64,000 nt of DNA, taken from positions 2,812,007-2,876,006 of the forward strand of contig OZ218778.1 of the NCBI GenBank assembly GCA_965112635.1. Direction: 5' to 3'. This document shows positions 17,998 to 28,074 of the stretch, piece by piece. Source of the stretch: an uncultured bacterium. Its GTDB lineage: Bacteria; Oederibacteriota; Oederibacteriia; Oederibacteriales; Oederibacteriaceae. Position 1 is the stretch's first letter; each line of letters begins with the position of its first letter. Both the position numbers and the translations under genes were made by a program. A model generated the notes under the pieces. The model saw nothing but the letters and a program-made list of their open reading frames with translations, was not told the DNA's origin and ran no database searches.

Positions 17998-19988
17998 ATA
18001 AGAAGCTTTTGCAATGGAAGATCCATACTAGCTGTCCTGCTAGCTCTGGCTTCCATGCTTTTAGTCACTTCCATGCAAGCCACCTGCACTCGGTCGGTCT
18101 ATGTTTCTACCTTTGGCCAGCTGAATACGGCCATCCAAAACATCCAGAGTGGCGACTGTATCTACCTCAACCCGGGCGTCTACCATGTGACGGAGAACAG
18201 CCCGCTCAAGATAACCGGCGTCAATAATATTGTCCTCTCCAGCGCCACAGGCAACCCCGGCAGCGTGACCATCACGGGGGTCGGGTTTTGCGACGACGGT
18301 TCTGCCGGCGCCTGCTCACCCCATCAGGGTGAGCAGAACAACGATTGCCTGTGGATCGGGTGTTGCTCTGGCAGCTGCAACTCAATCACCATCACGGGTA
18401 TCACCTTTACCGAGGACTGCTATGGCATCAAGGTCACCCCGCCGACCAACGACATCGAAATTCTTAACTGCCGGTTCATCAATTTTGGATACCGCTGTAT
18501 TAAAGGAGTGGCCAGTGGTACTAATATTTTTGAAACGAACGGCCTGGTGCAAAACTGTTACTTTGAGGATAACAAGATCCCATCCTCCTGCTGGAATTCC
18601 GGCGGCGATTATATTGCCGGCATGGACATGATGTGGGACAACGGCTGGACCATTGAGGACAATACCTTTGTGAACATCAAAGGCTACGGGGGAGGCGCCC
18701 GGGCGGCTGTTTTTCTCTGGGTGGGATGTAAAAATTGTATTGTCCAAAGGAACAGGATGATCGGTTGCGACCGGGGTGTCGCGTTCGGCAACGCGAGCGG
18801 TTCTTTAAACGGCCAAAACCAGATCGCCCGCAACAACTACATCGTGGCCCCGGCCGATGACGCCATTGAGCTGGAGTCTGTGGACAGCTGCGGGGTTTAC
18901 AATAATAGTTGCTATCTGCTGGATACATCCATCCGGGGTATCTATTGCGTCGTGGACAATCCCCATGTGACCAATACCAACATCCAGAACAACATGCTGA
19001 ACAACCTGACCAGCAATCCTGCCTGGACTATCCAGACCACGGGCCTGACCTCGGGGACCGTGAATAACAATGACAAAACCGCCCCTTTATACGACTGGGT
19101 GGATCCCACCAACGGCAACCTGGATCTCACTTCTTTTGCGTCTGATGCCATCAGCCAGGGTATAAATTTGGCTGCAGTGACCCAGGATATTTACCAGCAG
19201 CCGCGGCCAAACCCGCCCTGTATCGGCGCCGACGAATATATCCCCCCACTCCGACCCAGACTTTTACCCCTTCTTCGACCTCGACCATTGGCCCGTCCGC
19301 TACCACTACATCGACCCCTTCGGTCACCCTGACCCCGTCTCTGAGCGGCACTTCCACTTCGACCACTACCATTACCCTGACCTCTTCGCAAACCGTCACC
19401 CCTTCCTTGACCGGAACCTCCACGCTGACCCTGACTTCTTCCCAGACGGCTACCATTACAGAGACCTCATCGCAAACTTCGACACCTAGTCAGACCCTAA
19501 CCTCCTCTCAGACCACCACCCCTACGGTGACCGGATCCCAGACCGTGACCTCTTCTCAAACTCTGACTTCCTCGCAGACGGCCACCATCACCAATACTCC
19601 TTACTTCACCCCGATCCCCTCCTCCACGCCGACCCCCAGCGGCCAACTGGCCATACTCCAGCACATCCCCTATCCTGACCCGTTGAAGCAGGGCAGCCTG
19701 GTCACGATATACCTTGAAATGTCAGATGTGCCCGACAGCATGTCCTTGACCCTGTATACGGTCTCAATGCGGGAGATCCGCAAGAGCACGACCGTCTCCC
19801 TCAATAGCTCCACGGGCTTGCAGGTCGTTTACGAGGGCGAAGTGGCTAACTATGCCTGCACGGTCGCCCTCGACCTGAAAGACGACCAGAACCAGGACCT
19901 GGCCAATGGACTTTACTATTACCAGATACAGGTGACCAAAGGCCCCAAGAAGGCCAAGGCCATAGGTAAATTAGTGGTCACCCGATAG
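17998..19988 (+). pseudogene. Secreted right-handed beta-helix protein with Thr-rich stalk and sorting CTD; ATA at the expected start and frameshift at C6 (19242-19247)
   Basis: AGGAGG-6nt-ATA opens a signal peptide in frame with ORF 18055..19332. One extra C at 19242-19247 would fuse it to the Thr-rich/CTD frame ending at 19988 (PYPDP...LANGLYYY). Architecture matches neighbour 20045..22090. Confidence 0.65.
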
Positions 19989-20044
19989 GCCGGCTTTGGG
20001 CGGCAACTGCCGCTGAGGCCTGCGCTCAGGAAGGAAGTCTTAAT

Positions 20045-22090
20045 TTGAACTTATCTCTGCGGATTCTCCTGTGCTTGGTTCTTTTTTCCACCCTTAGCCA
20101 CCTTCACGCCCAAACCTTTCCCCCTTTTGCCCCGGCCCTGCCGGCGCCGTTACCACCCATCATCAACGTAAACAACATTAACGCCCTATACAATGCGGTT
20201 AATACTGCGGCTTCTGGGACCACCATTTTAGTAGCCGACGGGATTTATAATCTAAATCCTAACTTGGGCGGCTTCATGGGTGCTCTGGATTTTAGAACAC
20301 CTAATGTCACACTGCGCGGCGCTTCCGGGAACCGTGAAAAATGCATTATCACTGGAACCACCATGACGGATACCTCCGCTGCCAACACCGGAATAGCCAT
20401 TAAGATAGAGGCCAACAATATAACCATCGCCAACGTTACCGTCTGCAATGTGTACTTTCATGACATTCAATTTCCGGACGCTGTATCTGCCAATAACGCC
20501 GATATCTACAACTGCTGGCTCAAGGACTCGGGCGAGATGCACATCAAAAGTTCCCAGGCCTGTACCGGCGTTTATTGCGACAACAATATCGTGGAGTGGA
20601 GCCGTCTCTCCTACACCACGACCGCCGCTACCACCCCTTATGGCAGTTGCTCGACATTCCCCTGCTATTACTATGACGCCATAGATGTCCATGCCGGCAA
20701 CAATTGGATCGTCAGGCACAACTGGTTCGTGGACGAATACCCGGTTCCGGGTGACTGGGCAAATATGGATGGCATGACCAATCCGGCTATTCTTTTTTGG
20801 AACGGCTGTGAGAATCCGCTCGTGGACAGCAATGTTTTCATCAACTGCAGTTCAGGGGTCGCCTTCGGGCTCAACCAAAATAGTGGCTGCTTTACCGGGG
20901 GCGGTTCCTACCGCACTACTGACGATTGCCATGGAGGGATCATCCGCAATAATTTCTTCTACCGTGACCCCGCCCTGACCGGGGACGTTGCCATTTATGT
21001 ATGCGGCGCCCCCAACGTTACTGTGGTGGGCAATACCATTATCCAGCCCGATGAGGGCACCACAGCCCATGGAGGCGACGATATGGAAACTAATTACAAC
21101 AACACTAAAAACGCTTATATTGTCAACAATCTGTGCTGTCTTACTCCCGTTGTCAACCGGAGTGGCTGTGCTAATTGCACGGAATTTAACAATATAACCG
21201 GAGCCACCCTCGGTTGGCTCGTCAATGGGGGTGCCAATATCACCATAACGGGAGATTGCCATCTGGTTGCCTCAGATACCCTGGCCATTGACCAGGGATT
21301 CCCCCTGGCGGGATGGGACGACTTTGATATTTTTGGGAATTCCCGGCCACAAACCTGCTCCTGTGCCTGTTATGATATCGGTGCGAATGAGTATATTTGC
21401 GGCACCAGCACCCCGACCTATACGCGCACAATGACCTATACGCCAACAATGACCTCCACGCCTGCCCCGACATCCACAGCCACATTGACGCCAGCACCAC
21501 CCACGCAAACGTCCACGATCACCCTGACGTCTTCACAAACATGTACGGTAAGCCAAACCTATACGGCTACAGAGACAGGGACGCCGGTCACCGGGACACC
21601 TACATCCACATCCACGGCCAGCGGTACGCCGACCTTTACATCGACAATCACCCCGACCCAACTCCCCTTCACGGCAACCCCTCTTTCCAGCAGCACTCCC
21701 ACAACGACCTTCACACCGACTTTTACACCAACAGCCTATATGAGCTTGAGTATTATCAAACTGCTGACCTACCCCAATCCGGTGAAGAACCAGAACAGCC
21801 TGAACTTTTATATCAATCTCAGTGACATTCCGGATCGGATCGACATCAAGGTTTATACGACAGCCGCGCGATTAATCAGGGTCATGAACTCGGCGCAGAC
21901 CAAGGCGCCCAACGGGGTTACTCTGGTAGAAGATATCTACAATGAGTGTACGTTTGCCTATTCCATTCCCTACGACCTTACAGATTGGGAAGGAAACTGG
22001 CTTGCTGACGGTATGTATTATTTCGTGGTCGAAGCCAGGAAGAGCGACACCACTGTGCGGGGCATTGGACGCTTTACCATACTGAAGTAG
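20045..22090 (+). CDS. Secreted right-handed beta-helix protein with Thr-rich stalk and sorting CTD
   Basis: Signal peptide; Asn/Cys-rich beta-helix repeats; DIGANEY; TPT stalk; TYPNP...IKVYT...LADGMYYF. Confidence 0.8.
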   Translation: MNLSLRILLCLVLFSTLSHLHAQTFPPFAPALPAPLPPIINVNNINALYNAVNTAASGTTILVADGIYNLNPNLGGFMGALDFRTPNVTLRGASGNREKCIITGTTMTDTSAANTGIAIKIEANNITIANVTVCNVYFHDIQFPDAVSANNADIYNCWLKDSGEMHIKSSQACTGVYCDNNIVEWSRLSYTTTAATTPYGSCSTFPCYYYDAIDVHAGNNWIVRHNWFVDEYPVPGDWANMDGMTNPAILFWNGCENPLVDSNVFINCSSGVAFGLNQNSGCFTGGGSYRTTDDCHGGIIRNNFFYRDPALTGDVAIYVCGAPNVTVVGNTIIQPDEGTTAHGGDDMETNYNNTKNAYIVNNLCCLTPVVNRSGCANCTEFNNITGATLGWLVNGGANITITGDCHLVASDTLAIDQGFPLAGWDDFDIFGNSRPQTCSCACYDIGANEYICGTSTPTYTRTMTYTPTMTSTPAPTSTATLTPAPPTQTSTITLTSSQTCTVSQTYTATETGTPVTGTPTSTSTASGTPTFTSTITPTQLPFTATPLSSSTPTTTFTPTFTPTAYMSLSIIKLLTYPNPVKNQNSLNFYINLSDIPDRIDIKVYTTAARLIRVMNSAQTKAPNGVTLVEDIYNECTFAYSIPYDLTDWEGNWLADGMYYFVVEARKSDTTVRGIGRFTILK

Positions 22091-22171
22091 CCAAACTATT
22101 CTCAAAAGTTTAATGGAAGAACTGGTCCATGCTTACATCTGTTTCTCGCAACCTAAAATCATAGAACTCCA

Positions 22172-23419
22172 TTACAAACCAATAAATTTGCCTGAAAAAG
22201 TTTCATGCTGAAGGAACGCTGTTTTTTCTACTTCGAAAACCCTTGCTAGTCGTTTCAGATAAATCGGATTTTCCAGGGTTTGTTTCTCCGGTGAATCCGT
22301 GATTTTGCCGACCGGCTTGCCTTGGCAGTGGGTCATCTTGATGACGACCTGGATGGGCTGCAGCCCCATGTCATTGGTCAGGTTGGTGCCGATACCGAAA
22401 GAGCAGTGTAACTTGTGATGGAATTTCTTGTAAATGCCAATTGCCCTGGGCACGTCCAACCCGTCGCTAAAGACCGCGGTCTTGGTTCTAGGATCAATGC
22501 CCAGCTTGCGGTAATGCCTGATGATCTTAGTAGCCCAGGAAAACGGGTCGCCGGAATCCTGCCTGAGCCCGTCAAACCGTCTGGCCAGTTCCCCGTCAAA
22601 ATCCCCCAGGAACGCATCCACCCCGATGACATCGGTCAGGGCGATCCCCAGCTTGCCCTGGTATTCCTGCAGCCAGGTCTTCAGGGCGAACTTCTGGCTC
22701 TGCCTGATCCCCACCAGGGCCTGGGGCGCTTCTAAAAATTCATGCGCCATGGTCCCCACCGGCCTCAGGCCATATCGCCAAGCCAGCAGGATATTGCTCG
22801 TGCCGCTGAAATTCCGGGGTAGTTCCTTGGCCAGGGTTTCCACGACGCAGGCCTGCCACGCCCGGCTGAACCTCCGGCGCGTGCCGAATTCGCTGAATTT
22901 GAAATCTTCGGCCTTGAGCGCCTGGATCATTTTGACCTTGTTGGCCAGTCTTTTCTCCCCCTCCCGCCAAAATCCTTTTTCCTTTTTTCGGCTCAGGGAC
23001 AACAGGTGTTCGTAATAACAGCGTATCACCGCGTCCAGCACAGGGACTTCGAACAAAATGGTGCGCAGCCAAGGGCCTTGGATCAATATCCCTAAGCCTC
23101 CGTCTTTGTCCTGGCTGATCCGGATATGCCGGCATTTGAGCTTGAACCCCCTGAGGAAAGCAAGGAAATCATCACGGAAAAAACCGAGGCTTTTGAGGTG
23201 GTTGATTTCGGCATCCGTGAGGGTCAGCCCGCAAAGCTTTTCGATCTCGCGGCGGACCGCTCCGACGATGGGAGAAAAATTCACGCCCGGTGTACGGCAG
23301 CGGAAAGCGAACCCCGCGTCCACTTCGGGGAAACGGCGGTAAACCACCTGCATCATGGTGAACTTATAAAGGTCCGTGTCCAGCAAGGAATCTTTGAGGG
23401 CGGGCAGAGCGGATTTCAT
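22172..23419 (-). CDS. pncB: Nicotinate phosphoribosyltransferase
   Basis: SLLDTDLYKFTM, EFGTRRR, GTMAHE, RQDSGDP, FSDGL, FGIGTNLTND. Start moved to ATG 23419, just after pncA. Confidence 0.92.
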   Translation of the reverse strand: MKSALPALKDSLLDTDLYKFTMMQVVYRRFPEVDAGFAFRCRTPGVNFSPIVGAVRREIEKLCGLTLTDAEINHLKSLGFFRDDFLAFLRGFKLKCRHIRISQDKDGGLGILIQGPWLRTILFEVPVLDAVIRCYYEHLLSLSRKKEKGFWREGEKRLANKVKMIQALKAEDFKFSEFGTRRRFSRAWQACVVETLAKELPRNFSGTSNILLAWRYGLRPVGTMAHEFLEAPQALVGIRQSQKFALKTWLQEYQGKLGIALTDVIGVDAFLGDFDGELARRFDGLRQDSGDPFSWATKIIRHYRKLGIDPRTKTAVFSDGLDVPRAIGIYKKFHHKLHCSFGIGTNLTNDMGLQPIQVVIKMTHCQGKPVGKITDSPEKQTLENPIYLKRLARVFEVEKTAFLQHETFSGKFIGL

Positions 23420-23420
23420 C

Positions 23421-24065
23421 TCAAGCCTGGCTGAGTTCTGAGGAACTCTGGACGATCCGGGCGCCCCCTGACCGCATCTCTTCGATTGCTTTTTGGGTCG
23501 TATCCGGGCTGATGCCGCGGCAGGCGGCCAGGTTGACAACAACGCTGAACCCGGCTTTTAAAAGCTGGAGGACGGTGTTCTTGACGCAATAGTCCGTGGC
23601 CAGCCCTCCCGCAAGAATGGCCTTGATCCCTTTGATCTTTAGGAATTCGATCACTCCGGTGGACTGGCGGTCCTTGAGGTCATGAAAACAGGCCCCGTAG
23701 GGGTGCATATGGTTTTCCACCCCTTTATAAACCATAAAATCATACTCCTCAGGGGCGGGCAGCCCGTCCAAAAGTTCATGGCCCCTGGTCCCCACTTCGC
23801 AGTGTCTATTCCAGCGGATATCGGAGTTGGGTAATCCCACCTGGGAATATTGGGGCTTGTCCGGCGTGGCCACCCAGACCGCGTTGGGGTTATGGCAGTC
23901 TTTGGAAGCCACCCTCAGGCTGGCCAAATGGGCTTGCCGGTTGAGCTCTTCTCCGATCTTTTCCCCTTCCGGTACCGGTAGTTCATCCGGGCAGAGCGGG
24001 GTAAAACCTTTTTGGCAGTCCACGTCAAAAGCTGCTGTGGTGCGCTTGTCGATTTTAATGGCCAT
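23421..24065 (-). CDS. pncA: Nicotinamidase
   Basis: DVDCQKGF, DCH, WNRHC, GLATDYCV; adjacent to pncB. Confidence 0.88.
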   Translation of the reverse strand: MAIKIDKRTTAAFDVDCQKGFTPLCPDELPVPEGEKIGEELNRQAHLASLRVASKDCHNPNAVWVATPDKPQYSQVGLPNSDIRWNRHCEVGTRGHELLDGLPAPEEYDFMVYKGVENHMHPYGACFHDLKDRQSTGVIEFLKIKGIKAILAGGLATDYCVKNTVLQLLKAGFSVVVNLAACRGISPDTTQKAIEEMRSGGARIVQSSSELSQA

Positions 24066-24140
24066 GGTGCTCCCTCAACTTCTTAAAATAAGGACATTCT
24101 CTAACATCGGGATAAATCTCGGGGAACTGCCGGTAAAGAA

Positions 24141-25208
24141 CTAATTATTGGGGAGGTTTTTTTTCTTTTCCAGTTGATCCTTGATAGCACTGATAACCGC
24201 GTTGGCTTGATGGGTAACCCTCGGTGGCAGCACTTCATGGGTCAAAGGCACCGGCATTTCAGGACCATCCTCGCTCATCACGAAAATGACCCCCAAAGAA
24301 CCCAGGATATTACCAAACTGATTTTTTACTGGGAAAACCCTGACTCGTAACCAGGAAAAAACAGCTTTGTCGCTTTTAATATTGAGGTCAAAGGGTTCCA
24401 CGGGAAGGTCCAAACCATCTCTCAAAGCCGGCAGCAGAGGTTCTAACACTTCCACATCCTTGATCTCACGATCCAAAATATCCCTGCGCTTGGTGCCGAA
24501 AACAGCCTCGGCATCCTTGTTGAAATATCGGACCCTGAAATTGCTGTCCATCATGACCAGGGCCACGGGTATGGCGCCCAGAACACTCTCAAAGAACTGC
24601 GACATGGCCTGCATGTCCTCCGAGGTCTTTTTGAGCTTGTTCGTCAAAGCGCCTTTGCTGGCCTCCAAGGTCTTGCGCCGCACGATTTCCACCTGGGTTT
24701 CCTGGACCAGGATGCTGGAATGCAGGCTGAGGATGAGGATAAAGGGCAGTTCCAGCAAGTCCTGGGGTTTGACATAATCAAACCCTTGGGGAGTATAGAT
24801 CTTGCAGGCCAAGTACACCCCGGCCACGACGACCGAAGTCAGGCAGGTGTACCAGAATTTTTGGGCCACCGCCGCGATGAAAATGGAAAGGAAAATGGCC
24901 GCCAGAAGAAAACTCTGCACCTGGTTCATCACCCAGAGGGACAGAAGGATAAAACTAAGGTCGAAAAGGAACATGATATAGCAGAATTTCAGGCCTTCGA
25001 AAAACCGGGACGGCAGCAGCGCCGTCACGATCTGGCTCCCGAGATAAACGACTGCCAGTACTGCCGCGACCCAGAGAATGGCCTGTCCCTCTTGCCAACG
25101 GATGAAAAAATCCACGGCCAGCCACAGCAGCACCACCCAGCGGATGGCGAAAAATCTGCTCTTTCTTTGGAGGTCTACGACTTCTCCTTCAGTTTTCTCC
25201 TCTGACAT
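24141..25208 (-). CDS. Membrane sensor protein with PAS domain and no evident output domain
   Basis: About 6 TM helices, coiled coil, PAS-like LGAIPVALVMMD...YFNKDAE.VFG. Confidence 0.65.
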   Translation of the reverse strand: MSEEKTEGEVVDLQRKSRFFAIRWVVLLWLAVDFFIRWQEGQAILWVAAVLAVVYLGSQIVTALLPSRFFEGLKFCYIMFLFDLSFILLSLWVMNQVQSFLLAAIFLSIFIAAVAQKFWYTCLTSVVVAGVYLACKIYTPQGFDYVKPQDLLELPFILILSLHSSILVQETQVEIVRRKTLEASKGALTNKLKKTSEDMQAMSQFFESVLGAIPVALVMMDSNFRVRYFNKDAEAVFGTKRRDILDREIKDVEVLEPLLPALRDGLDLPVEPFDLNIKSDKAVFSWLRVRVFPVKNQFGNILGSLGVIFVMSEDGPEMPVPLTHEVLPPRVTHQANAVISAIKDQLEKKKNLPNN

Positions 25209-25301
25209 TTCCGCTCTCCCTTTTCTCTAGGCCTGGAAATATTCAACCCAGTTAATAATAGGTGATTTATCAGGGTTTGTCACGCCTGGGGGTATCACCG
25301 G

Positions 25302-25970
25302 TCAAACGCGTCCCCCGAAGATCCCGCGGCCGATCCGGATTACATTGGCTCCCTCGGCCAAAGCCGCCTCAAAATCATCGGTCATTCCCATGGAGAGATA
25401 AGGAAGGGACAAGCCAAGATTCCGTTCGATTTTTTCTTTTAATTCGCGCATTTGCCGGAAATAAGGCCTGGCCGACTCAGGGTTTCCCGTCAAAGGAGCC
25501 ACGGTCATTAGCCCCGTAAAAGATAGGTATTTAAAGCCAAGGGCTTGGCGTAGCAACTCCTGGGCCTGGTCGGGCCTGACCCCGCTTTTGCTCTGCTCGC
25601 CGGCAATATTGATTTCCAAAAGACAAACGAGCTTTTTCCCCAGCACTTCGGCTTCCCTCTCCAGCATCTCGGCTAGCCTCAGGCTGTCCACGGACTCAAT
25701 CCAGTCAAAAAGTTTGACCGCCATTTTCACCTTATTGGTCTGCAAATGGCCGATCAAGTGCTTTTCCACGCTGGCCCCGGCCAGCAGATCGAACTTTTGC
25801 CTGGCCTCCTGGACCCTGTTTTCCCCGACCGCCGTGACTCCCGCCTCAAGGGCTTCTTTGATCCTCTCCGCGGGAACGGTCTTGGTCACAGCCACCAGCT
25901 TGACCTCCCGGATGGTGCCCTTTTTTATCTTTGCCTGGAGAACGGACAGGTTCTCTTTAATCTGGCTCAT
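25302..25970 (-). CDS. yggS: PLP homeostasis protein YggS
   Basis: LVAVTK, GENRVQE, HLIGHLQTNK, LSMGMTDD, IRIGR.IFG. Start moved to ATG 25970, overlapping the pgeF stop. Confidence 0.92.
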   Translation of the reverse strand: MSQIKENLSVLQAKIKKGTIREVKLVAVTKTVPAERIKEALEAGVTAVGENRVQEARQKFDLLAGASVEKHLIGHLQTNKVKMAVKLFDWIESVDSLRLAEMLEREAEVLGKKLVCLLEINIAGEQSKSGVRPDQAQELLRQALGFKYLSFTGLMTVAPLTGNPESARPYFRQMRELKEKIERNLGLSLPYLSMGMTDDFEAALAEGANVIRIGRGIFGGRV

Positions 25971-26770
25971 AACAGCCCCGCGTAAGCGATCATGCGGCCG
26001 GCCTTGCCCTGGTCCCGGCGGTGGGAAAAGAAAAGGTCTTTCCTGCAGCTCGTGCACAACCCCGTGCTGAAAATTCTTTCCTCTTTGACTGACATATCCC
26101 GGAGCTGCCATACGTTGGCCAGGATCAGGTCCAGCCGGGGATTAACGTAAGAGGGATGGGTGAACAAATTGTCCGCGTAGGGGAAATGCTTTTGGAAAAG
26201 GGCCACGACTTCCGGGCCGACCTGCAGACAGCATTTCCCGATGCAGGGACCCAAACCGACCAGGCAGTCGCTGAATTTGGTGAAAAAATGCTCTTTCATA
26301 GCCAGTAAAGCCTGCTGGCCAACCTGCGCCAGGGTACCCCGCCAGCCGGCGTGGACTTGGGCCAGGGCTTTGTGCACGGGGTCGTAGATAGTGATGGGCA
26401 AACAGTCGGCAATGGACACCGTGAGCAACACACCCCTTGTTTGGGTGATAAGCGCGTCCCCTGTGCCGGCGTTAATCGTTTCGCCCCGCACGGAAAGCAC
26501 TTTGCAGCCGTGGACCTGGTCCATCTTGACCAACCGCTCCGGCGGATACCCGATGGCCTTGGCTAGCCTTAGCCGGTTCTCTTCCACGGACTTTGTCTCT
26601 GCCGGGTTGTCGGAAACTTTAAAGGACAGGTTCAGGGAATCATAAGGAGCCTGGCTCACCCCTCCCACCCGCGTGGTATATCCATGGACCAGGCCGGGAA
26701 CCTGGGAAAGTTCGGGCAGGTTGACGAGCGTCAACCCGTTGGCCTGCTCCAGCTCAAAAGCCGTCAACAC
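25967..26770 (-). CDS. pgeF: PgeF/YfiH family purine nucleoside phosphorylase (peptidoglycan editing factor)
   Basis: TTRVGGVS, QVHG, ADCLP, HAGWRG, CTSC...FFSHRR. Confidence 0.9.
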   Translation of the reverse strand: MLTAFELEQANGLTLVNLPELSQVPGLVHGYTTRVGGVSQAPYDSLNLSFKVSDNPAETKSVEENRLRLAKAIGYPPERLVKMDQVHGCKVLSVRGETINAGTGDALITQTRGVLLTVSIADCLPITIYDPVHKALAQVHAGWRGTLAQVGQQALLAMKEHFFTKFSDCLVGLGPCIGKCCLQVGPEVVALFQKHFPYADNLFTHPSYVNPRLDLILANVWQLRDMSVKEERIFSTGLCTSCRKDLFFSHRRDQGKAGRMIAYAGLL

Positions 26771-26785
26771 CCAGCCTCCTTTTGG

Positions 26786-27889
26786 TCAGTGGCCGTCAGG
26801 ACAGGTGGAAGAGGGGGTGCATTGGGTTTTGGCCGGATGCCCAAAACCAGTGGACTGGATGACCCCCATCATGTTGATGATGGTGTTGATATCCCCGGTA
26901 TCGCTGGAATCGTGCTTGGCGTGCTTGCAATGGTCGTTGAGCTTGGCGTACACCCTTGCTTTTTCTTTTTCCAGCCATTCCTGCTGCTCCTGTGTGGCAG
27001 TTGTTATTTTGGCCTTGAGCCCTTCAATCTGGTCCGCGCGCTGCTGGTTCACGCTGTAACTATCCGCGATGGCCTGCTTGATGGTGTCATTGAGTTCCCG
27101 CTGGTGGGTCAAAAGGTCCATGTCCTCTTCCGTGATATCGGTGTCCGGCAGGATGTTCCATTTCTTCTCTTCCTCCTGGTCTATCCTGGCCGTCATTAAC
27201 CGGGAAAGGTCCTTGTAGGACTGGGGATTGTTCTTGTCCATTTTCTGGATCTCGTCCTTGATCCAGTCCCCGCTTCCCTTGTGCTGCTCAGGGATGAGGT
27301 CCTTGACCGCTCCGGCTACATCCTTTAGCTTCATCACCTTGGACCCCGCAGCGCCTACGATAAGTTCGCCTCCGGCCTCGCCTCCGGATTTAGCCGTATC
27401 CAGGGCGTCATAGGTCACATAGACCAGCCGGCAAAAGGCTTTGACCAGGTTCTTTTTGATGCCCTGGGACAACGCGTTCTGGAAATCCTTCATCTGGAGC
27501 CGCTTTTGGCGGTCTGTCTCCATGAGCGCCGAAAGGTAGGCTATCTCCTCGTTATATCCCCTGATGTCAATGCCGTTTTCCGCGTACTGCTGCGCGTCCC
27601 AACTCCGCTCGCCCACAGGTATCCTGTCATCTATGTCTGAATATTTTATCCACTCTTTCTCAAAAACCTCCTTGTCCACGCACTGGTCCTTGTCCAGGAT
27701 CGCAAAACCGCTCCCTGTAGAGTTTTCCGCTCCCTGGGTTTCATCCGGTTGGTAGGGCCCGTTGTCCAATTGTTCGTTGGTGACCTTAGCCGGGGACTGT
27801 CCGGGATTTGAATCCTCGATCTGCTGGGCCATAGCCGTCGTCCCTGCCCAAAACCCTACTGCCATAAAAACAAATAAAGTCCTTTTCAT
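26786..27889 (-). CDS. Hypothetical secreted acidic coiled-coil protein
   Basis: Signal peptide (AMA cleavage site), GGAGG RBS, heptad-rich C-terminal half. Confidence 0.65.
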   Translation of the reverse strand: MKRTLFVFMAVGFWAGTTAMAQQIEDSNPGQSPAKVTNEQLDNGPYQPDETQGAENSTGSGFAILDKDQCVDKEVFEKEWIKYSDIDDRIPVGERSWDAQQYAENGIDIRGYNEEIAYLSALMETDRQKRLQMKDFQNALSQGIKKNLVKAFCRLVYVTYDALDTAKSGGEAGGELIVGAAGSKVMKLKDVAGAVKDLIPEQHKGSGDWIKDEIQKMDKNNPQSYKDLSRLMTARIDQEEEKKWNILPDTDITEEDMDLLTHQRELNDTIKQAIADSYSVNQQRADQIEGLKAKITTATQEQQEWLEKEKARVYAKLNDHCKHAKHDSSDTGDINTIINMMGVIQSTGFGHPAKTQCTPSSTCPDGH

Positions 27890-28074
27890 AGGATCCTCCC
27901 TAAAAAAGAATAGTCATCTAAATCATTACCACAAAAACTGTTTTTCCTCCACCAGCCAGTATTACTGCTTTCCCTTCGGAAAAAACCCAGATTTGGCCTT
28001 CAATCGCCTTTGTTATGTACGTTTCCGCTCGAAGGCGATCGCGTCAAACAGTCCGTTTGACGGGACATTAAATT

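Noticed and set aside
27990-28070. Two hairpins downstream of ffh as SRP RNA
   Set aside because: No SRP domain IV signature (TCAGG...GGAA...GCAGC) found; more likely terminator or stability hairpins.
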